From: the human T2T-CHM13v2.0 reference genome, Homo sapiens
Strand: one strand, 5' to 3'
Assembly (NCBI RefSeq): GCF_009914755.1
Contig: NC_060943.1
DNA length: 64,000 nt
Shown: in pieces, positions 25,050-55,371 of the stretch
Layout of the letters: every line of letters begins with the position of its first letter
How positions within the stretch are numbered: the first letter of the stretch is position 1
Translations under genes and position numbers: made by a program
The notes under the pieces: model-generated
What the model saw: the letters and a program-made list of their open reading frames with translations, nothing else
The model's database searches: none
What the model was told of the DNA's origin: nothing

Positions 25050-25926
25050 CTGAGAGAGAAGAATGACCTGAGTTAAGAGTTCTGAGTCCCCACTCATTCA
25101 CTCATTTCAGAAATATTTACTGGCCAGGTGTGGTGGCTTGCACCTGTAATCTCAACACTTTGGGAGGCCAAGGCAAGCAGATAGCTTGAGCCTAGGAGTT
25201 TGAGACCAATCTGGGCAACACAGCAAAGCCCCATCTCTACAAAAAATACAAAAATTAGCTGGGCATGGTGGTGCATGACTGTAGTCCCAGCTACTCGGAA
25301 GGCTAAGTAAGACAGGAGGATCGCTTGAGCCCAGGAGGTCAGGCCACAGTGAGCCATGACTGTAGCACTGCACGCCAGCATGGGTGACACAGCGAGACCC
25401 TGTCTCAATAAGTTTAATAAATAAATAAATATTTACTGAGAGATGAGTGGTCATTTGTTGTTTTTGAGCTAACCAACGTTTACCCTACTACTGGAAAGCA
25501 GCACTGGAGGGGTCATCCCTCCCTCACCCTCAGTTTGCAACAGAATACATCTGTATCAATTGGTCTCTTCTACACTTTCTCAACCAAGTTTCCATAAAAA
25601 AAAGTAAGCCCTCATGTCCTAAAGTATCCAATCTACATAATGAATTGATTTCTTTCCTAGTCATCTAGAATGCTACTAGTTATGAGGCATTGAGAGAAAT
25701 GAGAAAGTAGCCCCTCAAATCATGTTCTGTGTTCCATGATTCAGATGAAGAGCCACAGTTGAGAAAGGCTGACAGGTTCTATGAAAGATTCTGAGGGTAC
25801 AGTGCTGAGCAAAACAGACATGGCTCTGGCTCTTAAGAAGATGAGTCAGAGGGGAAACAGACGTTAAACAAATAACTAACAACTGAGTATACAAAACAAG
25901 TAAATGCTTACAAAGAAAGGAATACA

Positions 25927-26196
25927 CGGTGGCTCACCCCTGTAATCCCAGCACTTTGGGAGGCCGAGGCGGGAGGATCACAAGGTCAGGAGAACGAGAC
26001 CATCCTGGCTAACACGGTGAAACCCCGTCTATACTAAAAATACAAAAAATTAGCTGGGTGTGGTGGTGGGCGCCTGTAGTCCCAGCTACTCGGGAGGCTG
26101 AGGCAGGAGAATGGCGTGAACCCCAGGAGGCAGAGCCTGCAGTGAGCTGAGATCGCACCACTGCACTCCAGCCTGGGCGAGAGCGAGACTCCATCT

Positions 26197-26233
<37 letters not shown>
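25927..26233 (+). mobile_element. AluY, slightly 5'-truncated, long pure polyA
   Basis: AluY diagnostics; ~36-nt A tail; TSD aagaaaggaataca on both sides. Confidence 0.9.
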
Positions 26234-26235
<2 letters not shown>

Positions 26236-26411
26236 AAGGAATACAATTCTGTATGACAGAGGAACCCAACCATGGCAAATATGTATACCTGTCACAGTTG
26301 GAACAACTTTTTTAAGTTCCAGCCTACACCAAAAGGACCACTCTTATTAGAATTGCACACACGATACACTGCCTTTGGGAAACTCATACTTCACAGTATG
26401 TAATAGGATGA

Positions 26412-26585
<174 letters not shown>

Positions 26586-28431
26586 TAGCTGGGATTACAG
26601 GCGCCCGCCACCATGCCCGGATAATTTTTGAATTTTTAGTAGAGACAGGGTTTTGCCATGTTTGTCAGGCTGGTCTCGAACTCCTGACCTCAAGTGATCT
26701 GCCCACCTCAGCCTCCCAGAGTGCTGGGATTACAGGCGTGAGCCACTGTGCTCTGCATTCTGTCACTATTCTTATGTGTACCCAAGGGGAATGTGTGCTA
26801 TTTACAACATGGAGTTAGCTGTGTGTCAGCTCTTCTGGCCATGTGGGGTGTGTGTATATATATGTACCTATCAAGGGAGTTACATACCTTGTAATAGGTT
26901 ACACAGTAGAACATATACAATACATGCCACCTTCCAGTGATGTAGCAGATGTCTGTAATGTATGTACATGAAGTCCTCATGCTGATCAGCCAAAACTGAG
27001 TTCATGAAGTTTACTTCTGGGGTCACCCTTCTCAGTAGCTACTTGAACTATACCCACCTCCTGAACAATGCCCCATGGATCTAACTCTCCAAGTTTCTCT
27101 GCATCAGAATTTGTGCTCTGACCAACTAAGTTGGAAGGTATAATACTAAATCAACTGAAGTATTAAAACAACTTTACTTATAATGTCCATCATACCTGCT
27201 TCCTGCATCCACAAAGGATTTGAGACTATACTGAGGCCAATATCTATCTACAACTTAGAATCTCTCTTCTTTCTGTATTTCTTTTTTCTTTCTCTCTCTC
27301 TTTTTTTTCTTTAGAGACAGAGTCTTGCTCTGTTGCTGTTGACGTGACTAGAGTGCCATGGTGTGATCATAGCTCACTGTAACATCAAAATGCTGGGCTC
27401 AAGCAATCTTTCCACCTTAGCCTCTTGAGTAGCTGGGACTATAGTCATGCACCACCACACTTGGATAATTTTTTTTATTTTTGTAGAGATGGGGTCTCGC
27501 TATGCTGCCCAGGCTACTCTTGAACTCCTGGGCTCAAGTGATCCTCCTGTCTTGGCCTCCCAAAGTCCTGGGATTACAGGCGTGAGCCACCATGCCCAGC
27601 CCTACCTGTATTTCTTATTTTCAGATCTCAAGAGCTTACAGCACCATTGTCATTGCTGATTCAGTAGCAGTAGCAGAGTTGAGTGAAAGGACCCTGGTGT
27701 CTGAGCTCCCAACCCCTCATCTCTCTTAATCAGAAAGCTCATTTACATACCTCTTATTCCATTAGTTAATCATCATTCCTTTTCTCCTTTCCAGCCTTTA
27801 TGTACAAACAATTCATTCACTCATTAAATGAGATCAACGCTTTGCTATGGAAAAAAACTAAGAATATCTTAACGCAATGTATCTGCCTGATATTACTGCT
27901 ACCTACTCTACATCAAATCCTTCTCCTTCCTCTTCCCCCTCCTTCCATCCGAATGAAATTCTGATTTGGCTTAGGGCGATCATGGACCCAGAAACTTCAG
28001 CAACATAGAGTACTACTATAGTACTCCAAGGCTGGCATGGCCCTGTGGCTCTCTGAGCTTCCCTCTTCTATCTTCTATCTACTTGCAATTTGAGGCTGAT
28101 ACCTGGAAGTGCAACGACTATCTTGTAAGCCTAGGATAATAAGCTAACATAATAGAAATGGTGGAAAAGAAAGAAAAAGAATGCAGGTCCTTGACAACAC
28201 GTAGGACAAAGATGCCTCTTACTTGTTTAATCCATATAAATCCATTTTCTGTTATTGCAGCAGAAAGTGTTCTAACTTACCTAATGCGATCATCTTAATT
28301 TAGCAGGGGAAGTTATTGGGGGATGTGGAAGGGTCTTTCCTAAGTTGCCTATGTCTTGCCCATGCCACAGCCTGCCTTGGCAGGAATAATTAGTCCAGGG
28401 CCACCATGTGCACAGCTCTCATACACATCAC

Positions 28432-28554
28432 CTTTATGTCCTTCAGGATCTTATTTATGAGGAACTTCAAGTTCTTCCACTCAGGAATAAGTCTGGATGA
28501 AGATGATTTCCTAGTGATATCCCAGCTCTTTACAGACATCTTGGATTACAGAAC
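28432..28554 (-). pseudogene. WDR87 paralogue first coding exon (ATG 28539-28537; MSVKSWDITRKSSSSRLIPEWKNLKFLINKILKDIK)
   Basis: Acceptor cctttaccttccacag|, start context ccaagATG, 108 coding nt, donor AAG|gtgatg (phase 0). Resembles the WDR87 N-terminus as recalled (MSSPRLIPLWKDLK). Confidence 0.85.
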
Positions 28555-28581
28555 CTGTGGAAGGTAAAGGTCTCTTAATCA

Positions 28582-29080
<499 letters not shown>

Positions 29081-29275
29081 CTACAGCTCCCAGCGTGAGC
29101 GACGCAGAAGACGGGTGATTTCTGCATTTCCATCTGAGGTACCGGGTTCATCTCACTAGGGAGTGCCAGACAGTGGGCGCAGGCCAGTGGGTGCGCGCAC
29201 CGTGCGCGAGCCGAAGCAGGGCGAGGCATTGCCTCACCTGGGAAGCGCAAGGGGTCAGGGAGTTCCCTTTCTGAG

Positions 29276-29491
29276 TCAAAGAAAGGGGTGACGGACGCAC
29301 CTGGAAAATCGGGTCACTCCCACCCGAATACTGCGCTTTTCAGACCGGCTTAAAAAACGGCGCACCACGAGACTATATCCCACACCTGGCTTGGAGGGTC
29401 CTACGCCCACGGAATCTCGCTGATTGCTAGCACAGCAGTCTGAGATCAAACTGCAAGGCGGCAGCGAGGCTGGGGGAGGGGCGCCCGCCGT
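29276..29491 (-). pseudogene. L1 ORF0 (71 codons) with start ATG changed to ACG
   Basis: Reads T-AGAPPPASLPPCSLISDCC...RCVRHPFL; the + strand has gcccgccGttgcc where the consensus has gcccgccAttgcc. Confidence 0.85.
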
Positions 29492-29946
29492 TGCCCAGGC
29501 TTGCTTAGGTAAACAAAGCAGCCGGGAAGCTCGAACTGGGTGGAGCCCACCACAGCTCAAGGAGGCCTGCCTGCCTCTGTAGGCTCCACCTCTGGGGGCA
29601 GGGCACAGACAAACGAAAAGACAGCAGTAACCTCTGCAGACTTAAATGTCCCTGTCTGACAGCTTTGAAGAGAGCAGTGGTTCTCCCAGCACGCAGCTGG
29701 AGATCTGAGAACGGGCAGACTACCTCCTCAAGTGGGTCCCTGACCCCTGACCCCCGAGCAGCCTAACTGGGAGGCACCCCCCAGCAGGGGCACACTGACA
29801 CCTCACACGGCAGGGTATTCCAACAGACCTGCAGCTGAGGGTCCTGTCTGTTAGAAGGAAAACTAACAAACAGAAAGGACATCCACACCGAAAACCCATC
29901 TGTACATCACCATCATCAAAGACCAAAAGTAGATAAAACCACAAAG

Positions 29947-30963
29947 ATGGGGAAAAAACAGAACAGAAAAACTGGAAACTCTAAAACGCAGAGCGCCTCT
30001 CCTCCTCCAAAGGAACGCAGTTCCTCACCAGCAACGGAACAAAGCTGGATGGAGAATGACTTTGACGAGCTGAGAGAAGAAGGTTTCAGATGATCAAATT
30101 ACTCTGAGCTACGGGAGGACATTCAAACCAAAGGCAAAGAAGTTGAAAACTTTGAAAAAAATTTAGAAGAATGTATAACTAGAATAACCAATACAGAGAA
30201 GTGCTTAAAGGAGCTGATGGAGCTGAAAACCAAGGCTCGAGAACTACGTGAAGAATGCAGAAGCCTCAGGAGCCGATGCGATCAACTGGAAGAAAGGGTA
30301 TCAGCAATGGAAGATGAAATGAATGAAATGAAGCGAGAAGGGAAGTTTAGAGAAAAAAGAATAAAAAGAAATGAGCAAAGCCTCCAAGAGATATGGGACT
30401 ATGTGAAAAGACCAAATCTACGTCTGATTGGTGTACCTGAAAGTGATGCGGAGAATGGAACCAAGTTGGAAAACACTCTGCAGGATATTATCCAGGAGAA
30501 CTTCCCTAATCTAGCAAGGCAGACCAACGTTCAGATTCAGGAAATACAGAGAACGCCACAAAGATACTCCTCGAGAAGAGCAACTCCAAGACACATAATT
30601 ATCAGATTCACCAAAGTTGAAATGAACGAAAAAATGTTAAGGGCAGCCAGAGAGAAAGGTCGGGTTACCCTCAAAGGGAAGCCCATCAGACTAACAGCGG
30701 ATCTCTCAGCAGAAACCCTACAAGCCAGAAGAGAGTGGGGGCCAATATTCAACATTCTTAAAGAAAAGAATTTTCAACCCAGAATTTCATATCCAGCCAA
30801 ACTAAGCTTCATAAGTGAAGGAGAAATAAAATACTTTACAGACAAGCAAATGCTGAGAGATTTTGTCACCATCAGGCCTGCCCTAAAAGAGCTCCTGAAG
30901 GAAGCGCTAAACATGGAAAGGAACAACTGGTACCAGCCGCTGCAAAATCATGCCAAAATGTAA
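29947..30963 (+). pseudogene. L1 ORF1p with premature stop R49*
   Basis: ATG at 29947 (MGKKQNRK...). Codon 49 is TGA at 30091-30093 (consensus CGA). The remainder is open as ORF 30217..30963 from M91. Confidence 0.95.
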
Positions 30964-30999
30964 AGACCATCGAGACTAGGAAGAAACTGCATCAACTAA

Positions 31000-34854
<3,855 letters not shown>

Positions 34855-35079
34855 ACAATGAGATCACATGGTCACAGGAAGGGGAATATCACACTCTGGG
34901 GACTGTGGTGGGGTGGGGGGAGGGGGGAGGGGTAGCATTGGGAGATATACCTAATGCTAGATGACGAGTTAGTGGGTGCAGCGCACCAGCATGGCACATG
35001 TATACATATGTAACTAACCTGCACAATGTGCACATGTACCCTAAAACTTAAAGTATAATAAAAAAAAAAAGATAGGAAT

Positions 35080-37015
<1,936 letters not shown>

Positions 37016-37989
37016 TTATATAGTCTAGAAACAGAACAAAAAATACATTAAGTAAAGCTTTCAGGTGAGTTTAGGTGAGCCAGCTGTAGCTTAGCTGAAA
37101 TAATGCAGGGGCCTAGCCCTCCCTTAGCTCTCTTTATTAGGAATCTAATATTTGTGGACATAATTATATTTATTAACCATCATCCTTCTTTCCTACGGAA
37201 GTCCTCATATATGTAAAAGTCACCCACTTTCCACAAATATTTCCTCACGGCTCATTATATGCCGACTGTGCTGAGAGCTAGAGATGAAGCAGGGAAGAAG
37301 AATGAGTATCTGCCTGGATGGGGTTTACTGTCTAGCATAGAAGACAGGCACTGAACAAGTTCATATAGATATCCAATTATGACAAGATGCCAGGCTAAAA
37401 TAACCTGAAAGCCTCACACTACAAAATCCGAGAAATTCTGGGTAAAATAACAAGTACCTGAGCTTCAGGAACCAGAAACTAGGGAAGTAGAGGGTAACCC
37501 ACAGCAACAAGTGCTGACTACTGTTGTGCTGGTCCTGAGAAGGTGTAGTTACCAGAGCCCATAAAGACCACAAATATCAATGACCACAATGGCTAGTGGC
37601 TTGGATAGTATTGCCCTGGTAAAGAGAAGACCCAGGACTCGGGCCAATGATAGGGAGTTGGAATTAAAACCCTTCCATGAAGCACTGGAATGCTTGACAA
37701 AAACAAACCTCAGAGAGAGAGACTTCCACAGACAGAGCTGACTCATGACCAGCTTCCTGAAAGCTTACACTTCTTTAAACTTTTATCCAGGCATACCCCA
37801 AATTCACAGGGATACCTATCACGTTCTCCAAATGATTCTCTGACATGTCCCTCACTTGGACTGACAAGGGAGAAAAGAAAGAAGGAGAAACACCACAGAG
37901 CACATCAACAATTCTCTCTGGAGAAATCATCATTTTAATTTTTATACCCAAGAGGATAATAATTTAAGAGTCACAAAAAAAATCCTTCA

Positions 37990-38607
<618 letters not shown>

Positions 38608-39049
38608 TCATTATCATAATAAATATAGATTAAACTCATCACATAAAAGAGAGACCAAATTGAATATTTAAATGAATTAAGTACGTGCTGTTTATAAGAG
38701 AAAAATCTAAAACGTAAGACATAGAAACTTTACAGTATCATGGGCTTCTGTTCCTTAAAATGATCTGAAAGCAATAAGGAGAGTAAAAAAAATCTTTGCA
38801 AGCTCAACATTCAGCAAAACAAGGAGAAGTATAATCTGTAGACAACAAATTACATGTAAAAGTTGGGAAAAGCAGCTCAAATGAGGAACAACTATAGGGA
38901 GGAAGTGGAGACAAGAAACTATGCAAAGAAATTTGAGCAGAAAGAAAGACAAACAGAAGCAGATATAAGAAAACACCTGTGGTGGCTCACGCCTGTAATC
39001 CCAGCACTTTGGGAGGCCGAGGCGGGTGGATCATGAGGTCAGGAGATCA

Positions 39050-39376
<327 letters not shown>

Positions 39377-40269
39377 CTACACTGTAAGAAACTGGAAAGC
39401 AAAAACAGAGGAGACAGAGTTGATCAGTCTCCTACAAAAGCCATATGTGAGGCAGAAGGAACCTCTTAAAAGAAAAACTCATCCAGGAAAACCCAACTTA
39501 GGCAATGTTCTGCAAGAAAAAAGGGACTAGCTACATTAACCCAAAACTACAAAACGAACTCTGAAGGAAAGAGTAACAAAGTAAACTAACATATGAAGAG
39601 CTTTCACTGGAAAACTGCCTCAATGGATCAGATAAAAATTATAACTAGGCCAGGTGTGGTGGCTTTTGCTTGTAATCTCAGCACTTCAGGAGGCTGAGGT
39701 GAGAAGATTGCTTCAGCCCAGGAGTTCAAGACCAGCCTGGGCAACATAGCGAGACCCCGTCTCTACAAAAAATAAAAAACTAGCCAGGAGTGGTGGCATA
39801 CTACTGTAGTCTCAGCTACTCAGGAGGTTGAGGTGGGAAGATTGCTTGAGCCCTGGAGGTTGAGGCTGCAGTGAGCTATGATCTCACCACTGCACTCCAG
39901 CCTGGACAACAGAGTGAGACACTGTCTCAAAAACAAAAAAAAATTATAACCAAATATTTTGCCGTGAATGAAAAAAAAGACTTGATGCAATTTCCTCTGT
40001 GATGGAAGACCACAAAGCAAAAATATAAAAATCCAGGGAGGAGATGCTGAAAGAACAGGGTAAGAACAAATAGAGAGCAGGCAGAAATCGAAGAAAAATC
40101 AAGTATCACAAGCATAAGGACAAAAGTTGAAAGAACACAAGGGAGAAAAACCCAGTGAAGAACCTGGAGGACAAAAATGGGAAAAGCAGGCCGGGCGTGG
40201 TGGCTTACACCTGTTATCCCAGCACTTTGGGAGGCCGAAGCGAGAGGATCACTTGAGGTCAGGAGTTCA

Positions 40270-40530
<261 letters not shown>

Positions 40531-40539
40531 TTACTTAGA

Positions 40540-41590
<1,051 letters not shown>

Positions 41591-41605
41591 ATTGTTTTAA
41601 TTTAA

Positions 41606-43105
<1,500 letters not shown>

Positions 43106-43134
43106 ATTTTTTTTTTTTTTTTTTTTTGAGATAG

Positions 43135-43431
<297 letters not shown>

Positions 43432-43692
43432 TAGATTACTCTGTAAAACTGCTATAAAAGTTCCTAAATGCTTACTCTGAATTTCTGTACTTATCTTGTG
43501 GAGGAGAAGGACAAATAGCTCCCAGCTGACACCAGTGTGCTAATGGAGGACCTCCTTTGGGATTTCTATCCCTAGCTGAACAATTCTAGCCCTTTCTTTT
43601 CCACCTAGCAAGAGTCACTACCTCTTTTTCTTCTTTTATCTTACTAAATTTCTACCATAAGTAAAGCTTATTTATTTTATTATTATTTTTAG

Positions 43693-43987
<295 letters not shown>

Positions 43988-44546
43988 TAAACTTTCCAAA
44001 ATCCTGCATACAACTCTCAAGTACATGCAAGGGAAGACCAAGTGGCCCCTGCAAAGAAGGATTTTTTAAAATGAGAAAATTAAACATATTTAAAAGTCAA
44101 GGGGAAGAAGCCACTAAGAAGGGAGAGTGAAAGTACAGGAAAGAGAGAGTGGGCTGCTACAGCAAGCTGATGTGTGAAGAGAAATAAGAGTTCGATCCCA
44201 CAATCTCAGAGCCTTCCCAAAGTTTCCTCTGGTGATTTACGACTAGGAGCTCTAACTGGGAAAATGGGGGTTTCCTGACGCTTCTAAATCTTAGACTAAG
44301 ACTTCATTCCATTAAGTTTTTGGTGAGAGTCAGATATTTCACTTTAACCCTTCTTGACCTCAGAGAAATTCCCTGTTCTTTTTCCCTACTAAAGCATTTA
44401 GAAAAAGAGAGGCTGGGTGCAGTGGCTCATGCCTGTAATCCCAGCACTTTTGGAGGCCAAGGCGGATGGATCACCTGAGGTCAGGAGTTCATGACCAGCC
44501 TGGCCAACACGGCAAAACCCCATCTCTTCTAAAAGTACAAAAATTA

Positions 44547-44723
<177 letters not shown>

Positions 44724-45510
44724 TTATAATTTTAAAATGCAGTATTAATGCAGGGTGCTATTAAGTATGAGAGAAGTGAGGGGCACACTGAAATCAAGGG
44801 AGAATGAGATGGAACAGAAACTTTAGAGTCAAATAGACTTACATTTAAAAAGCTAGATTTTCCCCTTCAACTTTTTTTCCTTTGGACTTTTCAGATTGAA
44901 CAAAGTTTTATCTCATCTATGGCAGACGTCTTAATGAGGTCAGTGGGACCAATGCCACTCAATATACATTCGCCCCATGGGGAAAACCTGTTACTAACAT
45001 CATACAAACATCATAGGCTTCCCCTCTGAATCTCCATTGCCTCCTGGCTCACACACAGAGGATTACATGCCCCTAGTTCTAGAAGAGACAGACTCCAGCT
45101 ACAATTTCCCCTAGAAAGAGTGTCACTGGCTTCAACATCATAATGCCTCGGACTCCCCCAGCCCCTCCCCCATATGTCCAGTGAAAGCAGCAACATGAAG
45201 AGCATGAAAATCCCCACATGAATATGCCAAGCGCTGGGAGGCAGGGGAAATCTGGTAGTTTGTGATAGTGGAAAGGGGTCACTACATTGCGGTGGGATGG
45301 CGAGATTTAAACTGTCCTTTTATGACAGAATGACTTTCTGAGGGCTGGCCATTTGAGATCCTACAGCCGGATGAGTAGAGACACTAATATATTGTGAGGG
45401 AGGGCAGGGAGTGTGACCCTTTTATCTAAATAAACTTTATTGTGTGCTTACATGTGCCAGACACTGCTCTAGGAACTGTTCATGCCTTGTCTCCAAACAC
45501 TGCCTTAAAG

Positions 45511-46010
<500 letters not shown>

Positions 46011-46110
46011 CTTAAAGCTACTATCATTCCCCTTCCTCCAGGTGAGGAAATGCCCCACCACACAGCCAGAATGTGGCAGGGCGAAGAGTCAGACTCCAGA
46101 CATGTGCTGA

Positions 46111-47630
<1,520 letters not shown>

Positions 47631-48229
47631 CTTCCAAGTTCCATGGATTTCGCCTTTCCCTTTAACCTGTTCCCCAGCGTCCTCTGGTGATAGCAGATGA
47701 GGGTGGTGACAGGAATACTAAAGTTCCCCATCTGCCTCGTGTTGGAAGTCTCCATGGTGTTCACCTCCCCAATGTTGCCTGCAAGTAGATAGGAGCAGAG
47801 ATGGTACTTGGGGAGGTGACCGGAACTATGGCTCCTAACATACAGGGCGTTGGGAACTACGGCTCCTAACATACAACTCTCAGTTTGCCCCGTCTGTAGC
47901 TCCCTGTATTTCGTCTCTCCCTCCCCCTCAAAGTTCCCAAAGAGAAAAGGTGGAGGCGACAGGTGGATTGCAGCTCTCAGGAGATCCTGTGGGAAGAGGG
48001 AGCCTTCCCAGCAGGCGCCAGGCGGTGGCTTCCGCTCCCTAAGTAGCCAAGCTGCACCCTGGCCCGCATGTGGCTGGAGAAAAGTGCACTGCCACCCTGC
48101 TCCCGCTTTCAAGTTATAACCACGAACCTCAAGTAGTTCTTAGTGCTCCCCCGCAGACACACTGTTTAGGGTTTTGTTGTGTTTTTAGTCCACTCACTGC
48201 CAAACACAACTTTTCAAACCGACCGCACA

Positions 48230-50390
<2,161 letters not shown>

Positions 50391-50440
50391 TTGCCATTGT
50401 AGATAAGCGTATTTATTTATTTTATATATATATTTTTTGA

Positions 50441-50721
<281 letters not shown>

Positions 50722-51126
50722 TAGATAAGCTTTTGATTTGCTTGTAACCAATAAAAAATGTTTTTAAAAAAATCAGCCAGGCACAATGGCGTACACCTGT
50801 AATCCCAGCATTGAACCCAGGAGGTTGAGGTGGCAGTGAGCATGATTGACTGTGCCACTGCACTTCAGCACGGATGACAGACCAAAACCCTGTCTCAAAA
50901 CAAACAAACAAAAAAGTCTAATCTGTAAGGAGCAGGAGAAATAGGATGTTTTTTTTTTGAGACAGAGTCTCGCCCTGTTGCCCAGGTTGTAGTGCAATGG
51001 CGTGACCTCGGCTCACTGCAACCTCTACCTCCCGAGTTCAAGCGATTCTCCTGCCTCAGCCTCCTGAGTAGCTGGGATTACAGGTGCACCCCACCACACC
51101 CGGCTAATTTTTTGTATCTTTAGTAG

Positions 51127-51234
<108 letters not shown>

Positions 51235-52300
51235 TGAGCCACTGCGCCCAGCTGAGAAATAGAATTTTTTAAAAGTATGTGGTATATATTTATTGGTATT
51301 AAAGTTTTATAATTAGCTGAAGGTTGAAGCTATTGATATTAAAGGTTCAGTGGCTTTATATGCTATCTATTTATTGTATATGCCATTTATTGGAATTAAG
51401 GTTCTATAATTAGCTAAAGGTTGATAGTATTGTTTAGATCCTTGGGATCTTTTCTTTCTCTGATTAAATCTCTCAACCATTTATTTCTCTCTGCCTTTCT
51501 GTTAAAATATCCAAAAGCAGGCCAGGTGTGGTGGCTCACACCTGTAATCCCAGCACTTTGAGAGGCTGAGGCAAGTGGATCATTTGAGGTCAGGAGTATG
51601 AGACCAGCCTGGCCAACATGGTGAAACCCTGTCTCTACGGAAAATACAAAAATTAGATGGGTGTGGCTGGGCATGGTGGCTCACGCCTGTAATCCCAGCT
51701 CTTTGGGAGGCCTAGGTGGGTGGATTATGAGGTTAGGAGTTCGAGACCAGCCTGGCCAACATAGTGAAACCCCATCTCTACTAAAAATACAAAAATTAGC
51801 CAGGCAGGATGGCAGGTGCCTGTAATCCCAGCTACTTGGGAGGCTGAGGCAGGAGAATCACTTGAACCTGCGAGGCAGAGATTGCCGTCAGCTAAGATCA
51901 CGCCACTGCACCACTCCAGCCTGGATGACAGAGAAAGACTCCATCTTAGGAAAAAAAAAAAAAAGGTGTTACAATTTCTTATTGAGTATTCAAATTTCCA
52001 ACAATCTGTTTCTCCTTATGGTTTTGTCACTTTGCTATATTTTAGGCAGGATTGTTAGCTGCCTGTTTAAGATTAACATTTTTCCTTCTGTTGTACTTTT
52101 TATTAGATTTTTCTTTGTCCTTTATTATTTTTTATATTTTTATACATATATCATAGTTGTACATATTTGGGGGGGTACATGTGCTATTTCGATACCTGTA
52201 AACAATGTGGAACTATCAAGTCAGGGTAATTGGGATACCCATCACCTCAAACATCTGTCATTTCTTTTCTTTTCTTTCTTTTTCTTTTCTTTCTTTTTGA

Positions 52301-52771
<471 letters not shown>

Positions 52772-53028
52772 TAACCACCATTTTACTCTGTTTTATCTTG
52801 ACTTTAAATTTTGTTTTGTGAGCTAGTAGGACTGCTACTTTAGGTGTCTTTTAATTCATATTTATGTAGCATATAATTTTACTTCCTTTTATTTTCAAGC
52901 TTTCTTTTTATTTTAAATGTATTATTCCTTGACAACATATTATTGGACCTTGGTTTTTTTAATCCAGTCTGAAAGTCTCTGCCTTTTAAAGGGTAAGTTT
53001 GGCTGGACGTGGTGGCTCATAGTGGCTA

Positions 53029-53223
<195 letters not shown>

Positions 53224-53371
53224 TTAAATTTATCACTATTTGTACCTTCTGTGTCAGTCTCGATCCACTTAAGAAATATAAAACACACAGTGGGCTAAAC
53301 AAAAGAAATTTAATATAAAAAGTTTTTAAATTCTGATCAAATAATGATTACAGGCCGGGCGCGGTGGCTTA

Positions 53372-53653
<282 letters not shown>

Positions 53654-53912
53654 CTATAAGGAAACAACATATGGCAACCTAGGACTAAGAGAGAATACTC
53701 AAAGAAGGACAAACTTGGAAAAGGGCTCCCTCCCCAAAGCTGGAGTTCAGACGTAACTGGAGAAGACAAAGCCCATTAGCCAAGCACCGTGGCTCATGCC
53801 TGCAGTTCCAGGTACTTAGGAGGCTGAGGCTGCAGTGAGCCATGATCATGCCACTGTACTCCAGCCTGGACAACAGAGCAAGACCATGTCTCCCCCTCCA
53901 AAAAAAATAATA

Positions 53913-54150
53913 AGGAAGAAGAAGAAAAAGAAGAAGGAGGAGGAGGAGGAAGGAGGAGGGGGGAGGGAGGAAGGAGGAGAAGAAGGAGGAGAAAAGAAGA
54001 AGAAAAGAAGGAGAAGAAGGAGGAGAAAAGAAAAGGAGGAGGAGAAGGAGGAGGAAAGAAGAAAGAAGAAGAAGGAGGAGGAGGAGAAGGAGAAGAAGGA
54101 GGAAGAGGAGGAGGGGTGGGGGGAGGAGGAAGAGGGAAGCAGAAGGAAGC
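53913..54150 (+). repeat. (GAA/GGA)n purine-rich low-complexity tract extending from an Alu tail
   Basis: Direct inspection. Confidence 0.9.
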
Positions 54151-54600
54151 AGGAAAAGTTTGCCAGTTTTCCCAGGCTGGAGCTGGTCTGCAGTTTCTGA
54201 GCAAACAGAAAGCAACCATCCAGAGTGCAGGCAAAGCACAGACAATCAGCGACCTGTGGCATGGGTGTGCGGAAGAAGCAGAGACGTCTGGGGCACTGGT
54301 TTTCCATATTAATGCAGGAAGGTAATTGTAAGGCCACACCAAAGCTGCAAGGTCACCGAGACACCAGACATTCTGAGAACATGGCTGTGGCAGAGCTCTA
54401 TTGGATGTTCTCTCCCCAACACCCACCATGCAGCAGCCAGGAACAGCAGGAGAGCCCCTTCCTCTGTAGCGTCCTTCCAGAGCCCCCAGTTACTCTCACA
54501 AGGATCTCACATTGTGCTCACTGTAGAGATGCTTAAAGGAATTCTGTCCATTATGGCAGAGCATATGTTAAAGGGTGAATTTGGAGCTGAGAGACAATAA

Positions 54601-54747
<147 letters not shown>

Positions 54748-55026
54748 TGAGTAGCTGGGATTACACGTGCCCACCACCCACCTGGCTAACTTTTGTATTT
54801 TTAGTAGAGATGGGGTTTCACCATGTTGGCCAGGCTGGTCTCAAACTCCTGACCTCAAGTGATCCACCCACCTCAACCTCCAAAAGTGCTGGGATTACAG
54901 GTGTGAGCCACCGCGCCGGGTCTGAGAGGCAGTAAATTGACAACATCATCTCTAACAGGACAAGTACTTTACCATGATCCTCATGTCCCTCTGATCTCCC
55001 ATCCTTGTCCCCTCCATTCATATTGA

Positions 55027-55371
<345 letters not shown>

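Noticed and set aside
53685-54429. Poly-E/K, poly-L and poly-P/S ORFs of 120-210 aa
   Set aside because: Produced by a stop-poor GA-rich simple repeat.
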